The position numbers and the translations under genes were made by a program. This document shows positions 1 through 13,944 of a stretch of 64,000 nucleotides of DNA, piece by piece. Position 1 is the first letter of the stretch; every line of letters begins with the position of its first letter. The notes beneath the pieces were generated by a model. It searched no databases. It saw only the letters and a list, made by a program, of their open reading frames with translations, and was not told the origin of the DNA. The stretch lies in NCBI RefSeq assembly GCF_009914755.1, contig NC_060925.1. One strand, given 5' to 3'. This stretch comes from the human T2T-CHM13v2.0 reference genome, Homo sapiens.

Positions 1-121
1 TAGGGACATTACCCACTTAAGAAGTGACTGTTTTCAGTATTATTACAATAAAATTGAGATTACATATCACTTTGTATATTGAGGTTCTGTTACAACCTGT
101 CTTTTCAGCATTATCCTTAAA

Positions 122-189
122 GTGGTGTGTGTGGTGGTGGTGGTGGTGGTGGTGGTGTGTGTGTGTGTGTTGGGGGGGGGGGTGTTGTG
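122..189 (+). repeat. Compound (TG)n/(TGG)n/poly-G simple repeat
   Basis: gtgtgtg(gtg)n-(tg)n-G11 seen directly. Confidence 0.95.
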
Positions 190-899
190 ATTGTTTTATG
201 CCCATTACAGAAACCAGTTTAGCCGGCATTATACTGGTGTGGTTATATATTAAATAAGTTAAATTTCTTGCAGCTACTCTTTTGATCAGTTAATTGGTCT
301 GATCCTATAGTGGGTATTTTCATGGGTCTCTGCTAAGTTTAGCCTCACAATGATTTTGTGTGTCTGAAATCGTATTGACAGGCTGTAGCTCCTTCTAATT
401 TATGCATGCGTGAAGAAGATTGTCCTCTATTTGCTGAGTCTTATGCTTTTATATGAGGACCCCAGTGTCGTAACTTTGCCATAACTCAGGAAGATCTAAC
501 TTCTGACTGTGCAGTATAGAGCATTCCTTTGTCTAAAAAAATAATATGGATGTTTTAAGACCATTCAGTCATAACTGGAAGCTGCCTTATAGTTAAAGGA
601 CTTTACATATTAATGAAGAAAGGGAACATACAAATCATTATGTCCTTTTTGCCATAGATTGCTGTCCCCTCCCATAGAAATTATCTTATTATATTTTATT
701 ACAACAGTGTATGTAAAATATATACTTATAAAAGTAATAAATGGTCTTTGAAAAATTCTAATAACAGGAGTGTAGAGATTATAAACTGATTTTATCCTAA
801 AATTGTACATCCTAGGAGATAACCATTGTGAGCAATTTGATTTATATCCTTTTTTGGACTTTACAAATGCTTGTGTAAATCGCGTGTGTGTTGTATGTA

Positions 900-2310
<1,411 letters not shown>

Positions 2311-2313
2311 CAG

Positions 2314-2960
<647 letters not shown>

Positions 2961-3389
2961 TAGAGATTCATTTGTCTAACATCTCTGTTACTGGTTTCAG
3001 TAAGATCACATCATCTTTTTTGTCCTTTGGCAGCAGAAGTTGTAGGTTAACGAAAACTAAAGCAACTTTTCTTGTCACTGAGATGGAATTGAAATGATCT
3101 CTAACCCATACTTCTTCAGCCATGACTTCTCACATCTTAGAACACATTAAAAATAAGAATATTTGTAGGACGTACTGGAGAATGAATGAGTATCCTTGAG
3201 GTCAGAAACCACTGGTCAGGGGTTAGCGTGGCTTAGTTCCCCTCACAAGGCACGTGTAACCCATTTACATTGAACTGCATGTCAGTAGGGAAGTGTTTAG
3301 GAAGTGCTGCTGTAGGCTAATGTTCTTCAACTTTAAAATTTTCTCATGACACGTCATTGTAGCTTGATATGGATTGGCCAAACTGCTTT

Positions 3390-4170
<781 letters not shown>

Positions 4171-4688
4171 AAATCTGAGAGCCAGACGTCTTGAAAGAGT
4201 TTTGTTTTTTTTCTTTCATTTTTTAACTATTCCAATTTGAATTTAGCTTCCATTATTCCGCCAAACCTTCTTTCTTAGATCACTATTAAGTAGAAGGAAC
4301 ATTTTTCCTTTTTAATGATTTTTCAGACATACTCACCCACTTTGGCTGTGCCATCCTCCCTTGGCTCTTGGGATGGTGCATGCCCCCTGTTTCTCTCCCA
4401 CTTAGGAGATTTCCTTTGTGACCCTCCTCTCGCATCATTTAAAGGTGGAATTTCCCCAGAGCTTGACCCTGGGCCTTCTGTCTGTGACCATTAAATGTGG
4501 GTATTTCTCAGCAATTAGAGCGAGGCTCTTTTCTTTTCCCTTGTTTTGGAAAGAAGAGAGTCAAAAAAGCTTAATCAAATAATCTCATCTTTTACCCAAA
4601 AAAGATAACTATTTTCTTCGGGAAAAAAGGTGACAAGAATATAAATCATCAGAATTACACTAATTTGTTTCTGAAGGAAATGATAAAC

Positions 4689-5026
4689 TTTCCCCCAGCT
4701 TTGTTGAGGTATAATTGACAAGTAAAAGGTGTATATGTTCAAAGTATACAATGTAATTTGATGTGTGTGTACATTGTGTAATGATTAGCACAATCAACCA
4801 GCACGTCCCTCACTATACGGTGTTTTACTGTGTGTGTATGGTGGAGGAGAGGAGTGAGGACACTTAAGATCTGCTTATTAATTTGCTTAGCAAATTTCAA
4901 ATAAACAATACAGTATTATTAGCTGTAGTCACCGTGCTGTACATTACAGCCCCAGAAAATATTCATCTTATAACCAAAAGTTTATACCCTTTGACCACCA
5001 TCTCCCCATTCCCTCCCCAACCCCTG
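4689..5026 (-). mobile_element. L1MA-like 3' end
   Basis: cagctttgttgaggtataattgac..cacttaagatct..cttagcaaatttcaa..ccctttgaccaccatctcccca. Confidence 0.85.
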
Positions 5027-5319
5027 TGAGTTCAGGCCCTTCTCTATATTCCTTCTTATTCTAGGTGACCCCCATCTGCTTACAGAGATCCAATCTGCTG
5101 ATGGCTCCTAGGTTTGTTTCATGAGGTCAGAGCTCTTTGCTGAGCCCCACTCCAGAGCTGCCTCCTTGCTGTCTATGCTGAGTGTCTGATGGGTGCTCCA
5201 GCCTCATGTCTGAGATAGAGCTTCATGATTTTCCTCCCACGTCCCCTTCCGTGTTCTCAGTGAAGGGTACTTGAGCCTCCCAGGCGATCAAGTCAAATTT
5301 CAGGGATCAGTTTTAAAGT

Positions 5320-5890
5320 AAACTTTTTAATTTAGGATAGTTTCAGAGTTACAGAAATGTCTGAAGAATATTAAGGAGAGTTCCTGTGCACTCCACACCT
5401 GTTTCCCCTGCTAACATTACTGTGGTACATGTTTCACACCAGTGAACCAGTACCAACACATTATTTACACTGAACTCTACACTTCATTCAGATTTCCTTA
5501 ATTTTCCCCTAAAGTCTTGTTCTTTTTCAGAATCCCATTCAGGATGCCACGTTACATCTAGTTGTCATATATCTTCTTAGGCTCCATTAGACTGACAGTT
5601 TGTTAGATTTCTTCTTGTTTTTGTTGACCTTGACAGACTAAGTATTTTATACAGTGTTCTTCAATTTGGATTTGTCTACTGTTTTTCTCGTGATTAGACT
5701 TGGATAATGGGTTTTGGGGAAGGAAGACCACAGCGGCAAAGTACCATTCTCATCACATCATATCAAGGGTACCTGCTCTCAACATGATTTACTACTGATG
5801 ATATTAACCTTGATCACCTGGCTGAGGTAGTGTTTGTTAGATTTCTTCACTGTAAAATTACTGACATTTTTGACACTTTCCTCTTCTTTT
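5320..5890 (-). mobile_element. L1MC-like 3' end
   Basis: ggaagaccacag..ccattctcatcacatcatatcaagggtac..accttgatcacctggctgaggtagtgtttg. Confidence 0.85.
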
Positions 5891-6646
5891 TATCTGTTTT
5901 GAATCCAAAACAATTCCTGCTGGTTCTTTTTCCCAAATAAATTTCCATTCTGTCCAAGTCACTCTTTGCAGCCACTGCTGCAGTCCAAGCCACAATTGCC
6001 TGTGCGCAGACGGTATTGAGCGATCTTCTGACTCATGCCCTGCTTGTGCCCTTGCCTTCTCCAGCCCAGTCTCCACCCAGATGCCAATGTGGTCCTTTTC
6101 AAATGCCAGTTGGTCAGTGGTACTCTTGTTCCCAAGCCTTTGAGCGGCTTCTTGTTGTACTTGAGATACCACCCCACCTTCTAGACACAGTCTGCCAGGC
6201 CTGCTTAAGCTCGTCTCTTGTCACCTCTCTCATCTCCTGCCAAGCCCCTCTCGCCTTGTCCTCTGTTCCAGCCACCGGTTTCTTGCCCGAGTCCCTTCAA
6301 CACTCTCAGCTCCCTTAGACATGTCGTTGCCTCTGCTTAGAATGATGGTCGCCCTCCACCTTGGTTCCCTTGGGACCCCAGCTTACATGCCATTTACATG
6401 TTGTTTCTTCAGGGGACATTTCCCATCCACTTGCAGGGTCCATGGGGCACTCTTGCTGGGTGTTTCTGGAGCATGCCACACTGTACCCCTGATGCTGGGA
6501 GTTACTTGTTCTATGTCGGAATTGTTCCTCAGTGCTGGGGTGGACAAGGCTGAGACGTGCCTCGGCATGTCACTGTGTGTCCCTGTTACCTGTACTGAGC
6601 CTGTGCCAGAGTGGATGCTTGATAAGTATTTGTTGACTGGGTGAAA

Positions 6647-6790
6647 TTTTTTAAAAATTAAAACATTTTTAATAGAAATGGGGTCTCACTATGTGGCCCA
6701 GGCTGGTCTGAAACTTCTGGGCTCAAGCAGTCCTCCCTCCTTGGCCTCCCAAAGTGCTAGAATTACAGGTGTGAGCCACCGTGCCCAGCC
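6647..6790 (-). mobile_element. FLAM_C / Alu left monomer
   Basis: Single antisense left arm; degenerate TSD tgactgggtgaaatttt / tgaatgggtggatttt. Confidence 0.85.
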
Positions 6791-7149
6791 TGAATGGGTG
6801 GATTTTATCTTTTGAATGGAAAACACTCTTCATTTTTAGCATGCCAGTATGCAAAAAAGTACTTGAATTTATTTTTCTTAGTCCATTGATTTAAATCCCA
6901 CATGTATTCTTTTAAATCTGTCACATAAGGTGCTGTGGTGGGTACAGTAGTGGATCTAGAAAGTGTGTTCAGCCTCTGCCACTCCTGAGGGCCCATTCAT
7001 TCATTCTCTCATTCACCAGACAGTTACTGGGAACCTGGGTCTGCCAGGCCTAGTGCAGAGTGTGGGGTTATGAGGGCTTGTGAGTGAGCCTGTTGAGGGA
7101 GAGGGAGAAACTTATAGATCCTTCAGCATTTCCAGTTGTGGTTAGGATA

Positions 7150-7300
7150 GATTTGGGCGGATTTAGTTTGAATTCTGGCTCTACCATTTTTAAGATCTGC
7201 ACTCTTGAGCTTAACCTCTACCCGTCTGCAAAAATGTGGGCAGCATTGTCTCCCTTGTAAGTTGTGGAAAGAATCAGCTAAGAAAAGGAATGTAAGAGGA
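7150..7300 (+). mobile_element. MIR fragment
   Basis: gtttgaattctggctctacca..ttaacctct..tctgcaaaaatg. Confidence 0.6.
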
Positions 7301-7304
7301 TCAG

Positions 7305-7560
7305 TATAATCATAGTAATCACAGAACTAATGGTTTTTGCCTTTGAGGTCCTGAGTACTAGCCTAAGTAGTTACATTAATTATTTTTGTTTATTCTCACA
7401 GCAACTCTGTGAGGTAGGGATGTTACTGTTCTCATGTTGTAAATGAAGAAAGTGAGACCTTAGTTGAAAAATTAAATACTTTGTCCAAGGCACAGAAGTA
7501 GTAAGTGGGAGAGCTATAACCTGAACCCAGGTTCAAGGACGGCGTGATTTTAAAGCCCAG
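7305..7560 (-). mobile_element. MIR
   Basis: ttctcacagcaactctgtgaggtagg..aaatgaagaaagtgagac..tccaaggcacag..gaacccagg, antisense MIR core. Confidence 0.8.
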
Positions 7561-7824
7561 AAAGGACTCCTTACATTCTGTGTAGCTACCCCATCTTCCA
7601 GTGTGGCTTTATTCTTTAAAGTTGTAAAGACTTTTTAGGTATCTTGGCATTTAAAAAAATGTAATAGTCTTTAGAGGGACGATTACCTTAAGCTATTATC
7701 AACTTGAATTTGTTTCTTTATTCACATTTTAGCAGCTTTGACATCTGTGACTTGGTGCCTGTGTTGAGGAGAGAGGGTATATGTTGGGACTGGAGGATGA
7801 AGTTTGAAGTTAGACCCATCTGGG

Positions 7825-8021
7825 CAGTATTTATCTTAAAGTGAGAATTGTGAACTTGTAATCAGACTCACCTGGAAGATTTATCAAAAACGTAAATTCC
7901 TTAACCACTTCTTTGGTACCCCACATTATAATCTCTTAGGGGTAGGACTTAGAAAACATTTTTGCAAGTGATGTTATTTAGATAGTGGATTCTTTTTCAT
8001 TCTGAAGTTTGAGAATCAGTG
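7825..8021. mobile_element. MER5-like hAT-Charlie MITE
   Basis: aatcagactcacctggaag..tgaagtttgagaatcagtg terminal motif. Confidence 0.5.
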
Positions 8022-8744
8022 AATAGAGGGAATGGGAAATGTCAACTCCTTGATGATCCAGACTGCCCTACAGGAAGCCAGTGGAAAGATGAAAGTGAAC
8101 CCTGGTATGCCTGGCTAGTAAGTTTAAAAACAAGTAATGTGGAAATAAAATCAACAGTCGGTGAATTTGTCTCCCTGTTGTTTTACTTTTTATATTATTT
8201 GTGTTTGGGAGGAATTTGATTTGTATTTTATGATCATTTTTCCCTAGTGGGTAGTGGGGTAGCACGAGAAATGAGTGGGTCTAGACTATGATAGAGTTGG
8301 TGCAATGCAGCAGGCCAATCGGAAGAAAAAAATTTAAGCATATTTTGTGGATTAGCATGTCAGTTGCAAAAATAGGAGTATATCTAAAGCTGATTTCAGA
8401 TAGTCTCTTTTTAGCGAAACTATGTCAGACTGTGCCCGGACTTTTGCTTTGGAAAATATGGTAATTTCAGGTTTGTGGCTAATTTGAAAATTAGTAATCA
8501 ATACTAAGGGTTTTAAATATGTAGCATTTATGTGTTTATTATGTATTTCTATATTCATAAACATTGAGGATTCTTTTATTGTCTCATGTAACAAGAAGAC
8601 AAGCAGCTCAGGGATGGCGGCTCCCGTGTGCTTCTCCATGATCTCTCAGCTCCCTTTGTGTGGATGGCCACAGCATGGCTGCGTGCCTAAAGCACGCGGA
8701 GAGGGCAGCATTCTTGTCTCAGGCTCCCCACCCACCATTCTTAA

Positions 8745-8920
8745 GCAGCTTTGTTGAGGTATAATTGGCATACTAAGTTGTGCATTGTCTTGTACATTTT
8801 GCAAGTGTGCATCTGTATACACCGCACAACCATTACCATACTATGATAATGAGCATGTTATCACTCTCCAAAGTTTCCTGGTGCCTTTTGCGATTCCTTC
8901 TGCCCACCCTTCTCCTCCTT
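8745..8920 (-). mobile_element. L1M 3' end fragment
   Basis: cagctttgttgaggtataattggcatac..atcactctccaaagtttcctggtgcc. Confidence 0.7.
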
Positions 8921-9481
8921 TTGTGAAAGCTTTGATGTTTTTAGGGAAAAAAAAAGTTACATTATTGAGGATAAAATACTAGGTAGAAAGATATTTAACT
9001 TGTAGTTTTCGCTTTTTTTTTCTTTTTGAGGAGTATTGTGGAAATAATATGATTGTAGGTATAGGTTGCTGTAATATTTATAGAAAGTTTTGAGAAACAG
9101 ATTCTCTGAACAGACCATCTTGGAAGAGTTTGACAGGAAATATATTTTCGGAAAGGCTGGAATAGAGGTGGAGATGGTGCCTGCTGGCAGGAGAGGGAGA
9201 GAAAGGGAGGACAGCACCTGCCGGCCACTTGCGGGTGAGCTACAGACATGAAAGCCAAAGGCTGCGCTTTTCTTTGGTTTTTCAATAGATGGCATTTTTA
9301 TCATGCTAGAAAGACTAACATGAATTCTAACATGAAATGGTAATAAAAATGTAATCCCCACTAACTGTAGTGTATACGTAGCTCAAGTGCATTTTTTTGT
9401 TGTTGAATGGCATGCTGGTGATTGATTTATTTATATTTATAGATTAAAAATAATAAACTTTGCTCTCATTGTAATCACCTC

Positions 9482-9795
9482 TTTTTTTTTCTTTTTTTTC
9501 CCTCCCCCAGAGACTGGGTCTTGCTCTGTCACCCAGGCTGGAATGCAGTGAGTGGCACAGTCTCAGCTCACTGCTGCCTCCACCTCCTGGGCTTGTGTTC
9601 CTTCTGCCTCAGCCTCCTAAGTAGCTGGGACTGCAGGCATGTACCACCACACCCAGCTAATGTTAATTTTTTGTGGAGATGGGATCTCCCTATATTGCCC
9701 GGCTAGTCTCAAACTTCTGGGCTCAAGTGATCCTCCTGCCTTTGCTTTCCAAAGTGGTGGGATTATAGGCGTGAGCCACAGAAGCGTGCCTGGCC
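9482..9795 (-). mobile_element. AluJ
   Basis: Antisense full Alu with J-type ctgggctcaagtgatcctcc. Confidence 0.9.
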
Positions 9796-9915
9796 TGGGT
9801 AGTTCTTTTTAATTGTTGAATATACTTGCTGAGGTTAGTTTCTGCTGCAGAAAGCATTATATAATGTTGAGTTAACAGCGATCTTGTAAAGAGTTAGTAG
9901 AATGTGTAAAGTTTT

Positions 9916-10040
9916 ACCTGGGAGGCGGAGGCAGCAGTGAGCCAAGATCTTGCTACTGCACTCTAGCCTGGGTGACAGAGCGAGACTCTTTTTTTTTTTT
10001 TTTAAAAACAAAACAAAACAAAACAAAACAAAACAAAAAA
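9916..10040 (+). mobile_element. 5'-truncated Alu right-arm fragment with T15 and (AAAAC)n tail
   Basis: cctgggaggcggagg..gcagtgagcc..gcctgggtgacagagcgagactc. Confidence 0.9.
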
Positions 10041-10076
10041 CGACTGTATAGGGTTAAAAAACGACTGTATAGGGTT
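10035..10076 (+). repeat. Perfect 21-bp tandem duplication
   Basis: aaaaaacgactgtatagggtt x2 (10035-10055, 10056-10076). Confidence 0.95.
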
Positions 10077-13000
10077 TTATTTTAATGGGTTTCTTCAGCT
10101 GTCTCCTTTTAGCTTCTATGACTCTGCATTTTCTTGGCTCTTTGTTTTTCATTTCTTTACAGTTCTTCCATGTATTTTGTTTTGAAAGTAATATGCCTGA
10201 GGTGAAAATGGCGGCATTTCTGTCATGATTTAACCTTACTAGAAATGACATTCTTTGTTCTTTGTCTGTTTAGTTGAGAAGTGAACCAATTCCCTGTGCT
10301 TAAAGTACTACTCCTTGGTGTGGGGCAGGGAGGGAGGGGGGAAGATTTTTAACATAGAATACAAATTGAGTTTGTTGGAAAAGGTATCCCTATAAAATGT
10401 TGTCCAGGTAGTTAGAGCTTAATATGGGTGATAATTTCCCTAGAAGAATATTCTTTGCTGTAACACTGATGACTTGATGGACTTGTGAAAGTGAAACTTG
10501 GTGTGTTTCTTCTTTCAGCCTCCATGTAACTCACAGATAGGGCAGTGTAGAGTAGATTTCCAGTTTTAGATTAAGGATAGCTTGTATCCTATGCAAGGTT
10601 TTGGGGGTTGGTTAGGGTCTTTGAGTATTTCCTGTCTAATTCACTTACTAGTTACAAAGAGACAAGCTGTAATGTAAAAAGTCTTCCTTGAGCTAGACTA
10701 GCTTTCTGTACTCTTTGATTTAAAAATACCTGGTAGTTCTGCCAGTTGGGGATTTGTTTGGGGTGAATGAAAACCCCTCAGGCTCAGTCTGTTCATGCAC
10801 TGGTGTGTATTAATTCAGTCCATTCATAGTCATGAGCTGACTGTGCCTTATTGAAGAAAGGGAGGCTTCTGGAAGAGAGAGGAGGATGGATAATCTTGGA
10901 TCCTGAAGCACTGCTGCTGGCGCCTGGGAGTGGGGCAGGAAGACAGGAGGTTCTGAAGAGAGGGCTTTGTATCCAAAGTTAAGACTTAGGCCAGCCCTTG
11001 ATGGGGAGAGAAGCTACTCAGGCCCAATAACCTCAAATAGTTCAGGTTAAATCGACAGTTGTCAAGTCTAATTCCTCTTTACAGCATTATTTCTGTGGGA
11101 AAATGTGTGTGGCTTATATACTTGCCTCAGCAAACAGACCGGACTCAGAATCAGCTCTTTGTTGTCATAATTTAAGTGGAATTAGTTACTCCCTAGGGTT
11201 GCATTGCCCCTTGGATGGCTTCTAGCCTTCTTTTTACTTATTAAATTATATTCCAGGTTCCTTGACTGTGAGGGACATAGTAAACTCCTAGTAGCCTTTA
11301 CCTTCCCCTCCCTAAATAGCAAACTCATGTAGAAAACATTAGCTAAAATCCTTTGCAGATTTTTTTGAAATCACCTAAAATGTTATTATTGGCACCATTT
11401 CATTTGGAGCCATTTTGTCAGAACCACTAAGTATTTAGGTGAGGCGATTGATTTCATTCCCACGTGGGAATTTGGTTGGTTGTAATATTCAGGCACTCAG
11501 AGCAATTCCTGCCTGGACGTCACGTTCAGGTAGTCTGGTGTCTGAAACTTTTGGCAGAGATTAAGCTGATAGAAGATTTGGGCTAACATTTTTTAGTGTG
11601 TGAGTTGGTGAATTTTCAAGATGATTTAGAAGACTTTAAAAAAGCATCTGTGAATACTGCATCATCTTGATGTCAAGAAGAGATTGTTATTTAATACATA
11701 CATGTTTTAGTAATGAAGGAGGTACATAGAGATAATTGATTTGAACCGGTTTACTTTTTCCCCTTTTTAATGCAAAATATTTTTGGGAAACAGAACTTGA
11801 CTCGTGTTACACTACTCGCTTCTTGTTTTTTGTTACAAACATGCTGAAATGGTCTAAATAATGATGCTACTAAAACAACGTATGCATTGTTTTCATGGGG
11901 TGTTGATTCCTTCTGCAGTGTTCAAAATTACTTGCATGCCTCCGAGCAACAAACACATATGTGACAGACTTTATGTGAGATGAGCATTCCAGAGAAATGA
12001 AATGCAAGTTTACTTTTCAGTAGCTATGCAACTTAAAAAAAAAACATTGTGTTTTTTGAAACATGGCTTTAGGGCACTAACACTCGGACCGAGTGCATGA
12101 GCTCTGCAAGTTATTTTAACAAAACCTAATCACAGGAACAAACATCTGGCATTTATAGAGTTTGTTTATTTATTGATTGCCGTAAGCCTCTAGAAAGAAT
12201 ATTCTGTTTCTTTTAATAAAATCCTTTTGGAAGTTGTCTATATTTTAATATCTAAGTGTTTTTGGAATTTAGTTTTAACAAGGTTAACTCAAATGTTAAA
12301 TTTATTGTGGGCTACAGCTGAAGTAGGAGAATGTAAGAAGAAATGGCAAGTGGGAACTCTTGTAAAAAGAATGGTAACTAAGTTCTTTTTCCTGGTTATG
12401 CTCCTGCCATTTACTCTTCTGTATGGCAGGCCATCATTTACACTGCTTTGTAGAATCTGCTGTCTAGTAAGCACTAAGGAATTTGGATCCCTAAACCAGG
12501 GAGCATATAGCCTGCTAAAGCTTAATTTTTAGACAGGAGACACTAAAGATGATTGTGTTATGATACTGTTCATTTTATATACTAGTGAAATGAATACTGA
12601 AATTATTTAGTATAACCATTAATTATAGTGCTTACCATTACTGCAAAGTTTGTCATGATTTGGGTGGTAGCTTCATGTTTCAAAACAAAACCATAGGTCT
12701 ATCCTTTTAAAAAACATAAACTGCTTTAGTTTGTTAATGGGAAAAGTGAGTAAATAATAACACTTATTGATGAAATGAAGCCTGTCAGATACAGGAAAAA
12801 CAAAACAAAAAACCCTTGTAGATATTCCTCGTGTCAAGCCCCTATTAATTCTGTGTAATTCCAGTAGAACTAGCAAGTTATTTTGCTTAAAATGTCTTTT
12901 TTTTCCCCTGTGCAGTGAAAGTTGAATGTGAGACCACATCTTAATAGATATAGTTACACGGTTTATTTTATCATGTATCACTTTATTGCTGTCTTCTAGA

Positions 13001-13441
13001 ACATTGTTATACTAAATGTTCCAATAATGGAAATTTTATGCAGCTACTTCAAATGAAACAAATTTGCAAAAACTCAATTTTGGAACTCATTCCTTGAGGA
13101 GAGGAAAAACTCACCATGCTGTGACCACATTAGATTTCTGATATGTTGGCAACTTATCAAACACTGTCATTTCCAGAAAACAGGTTATGGGGTCAAATTG
13201 AAATATCAGCACTTTTGGTCACTTTCAGTTGAAGATATTTTAGGTTTTAATGATTGAATGGTTAAATTAAAAAAAAATTGTTGGTAACAGGTAATGAAAG
13301 TGTGGTTTTGTATGTAAATAAAAATGGCTCTACACGACATCAGGAATGATGGGGTTCAGTTACAGTGGAATCTTTTCAAGAGCTTGATTTTAAATTCTCA
13401 GAGATACTAGTTTTACTTACTGGAGCTCCTTTGTTTTGCAG

Positions 13442-13450
13442 AGATCATGA
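13442..13450 (+). CDS. CAMTA1: Coding part of CAMTA1 alternative last exon A (Arg-Ser-stop; ~80-aa isoform)
   Basis: Branch-like cttac (A13419), acceptor cctttgttttgcag| then AGA TCA TGA; matches recalled short-isoform ending ...NTNERS*. Confidence 0.85.
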   Translation, partial: RS

Positions 13451-13723
13451 TGCAGCCGTCCTTTTGGATTTCTTTTTAATAATGTGTGACCCTTCACCTT
13501 TGATCCCCTGACCTGCATTACCTTGGTAACCATTTCATTTTTTAATTTAATTTCATTTTTTAATTTTGGTGTACAAGCTGTAACATTTCATCTTTCAAAG
13601 TGTAACACGCTGATTTCCTCAAATAGAGATACCCCTTTGAGTGATAAATTTGCAAAATGCTGTCTTCATTTTCTGTATTAAAATTCATTTCAGTTTTAAA
13701 ATAAAGTGTAATCTGTGTTTTCA
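13451..13723 (+). other. CAMTA1: 3'UTR of CAMTA1 alternative last exon A
   Basis: AU-rich, five TGTA motifs, poly(A) hexamers; end estimated at CA 13722-13723. Confidence 0.75.
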
Positions 13724-13730
13724 TCCTTTT
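13677..13730 (+). terminator. Intronic polyadenylation signal (ATTAAA 13677-13682, AATAAA 13700-13705)
   Basis: Canonical hexamer followed by gtgttttca and U-rich downstream sequence. Confidence 0.8.
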
Positions 13731-13913
13731 AAAATTTAAGTTTAATGAGTGCATTTCCCCATACAGTATATTTCCTTTTTTATTCATGTTTTGCAGAAGC
13801 TGAATTAACTTGATATTTACGTATAACTTACACACACCCAGGACACCCATACCTCTTCTCTACTCCCAAACCACCCAAACCATTGCCCCTCACCTTATCA
13901 CACATACACCCTC

Positions 13914-13944
13914 ACCATCACCACCACCACCACCACCACCACCA
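13914..13944 (+). repeat. (CAC)n microsatellite
   Basis: caccatcaccaccacc.. seen directly. Confidence 0.9.

Larger units (their letters stand above)
4340..6645 (+). mobile_element. L2 element in pieces (~4340-4490, ~5027-5310, ~5900-6645) split by two L1 insertions
   Basis: Degenerate L2 ORF2/3' motifs ending in the L2 tail gataagtatttgttgactgggtgaa. Confidence 0.65.

Noticed and set aside
17-257. ORFs with poly-His / poly-Trp-Cys-Val
   Set aside because: Translations of the (TGG)n/(TG)n microsatellite
4696-8770. Repeated cagctttgttgaggtataattg at ~4696 and ~8747
   Set aside because: Conserved 3' terminus of two independent L1M copies, not a local duplication
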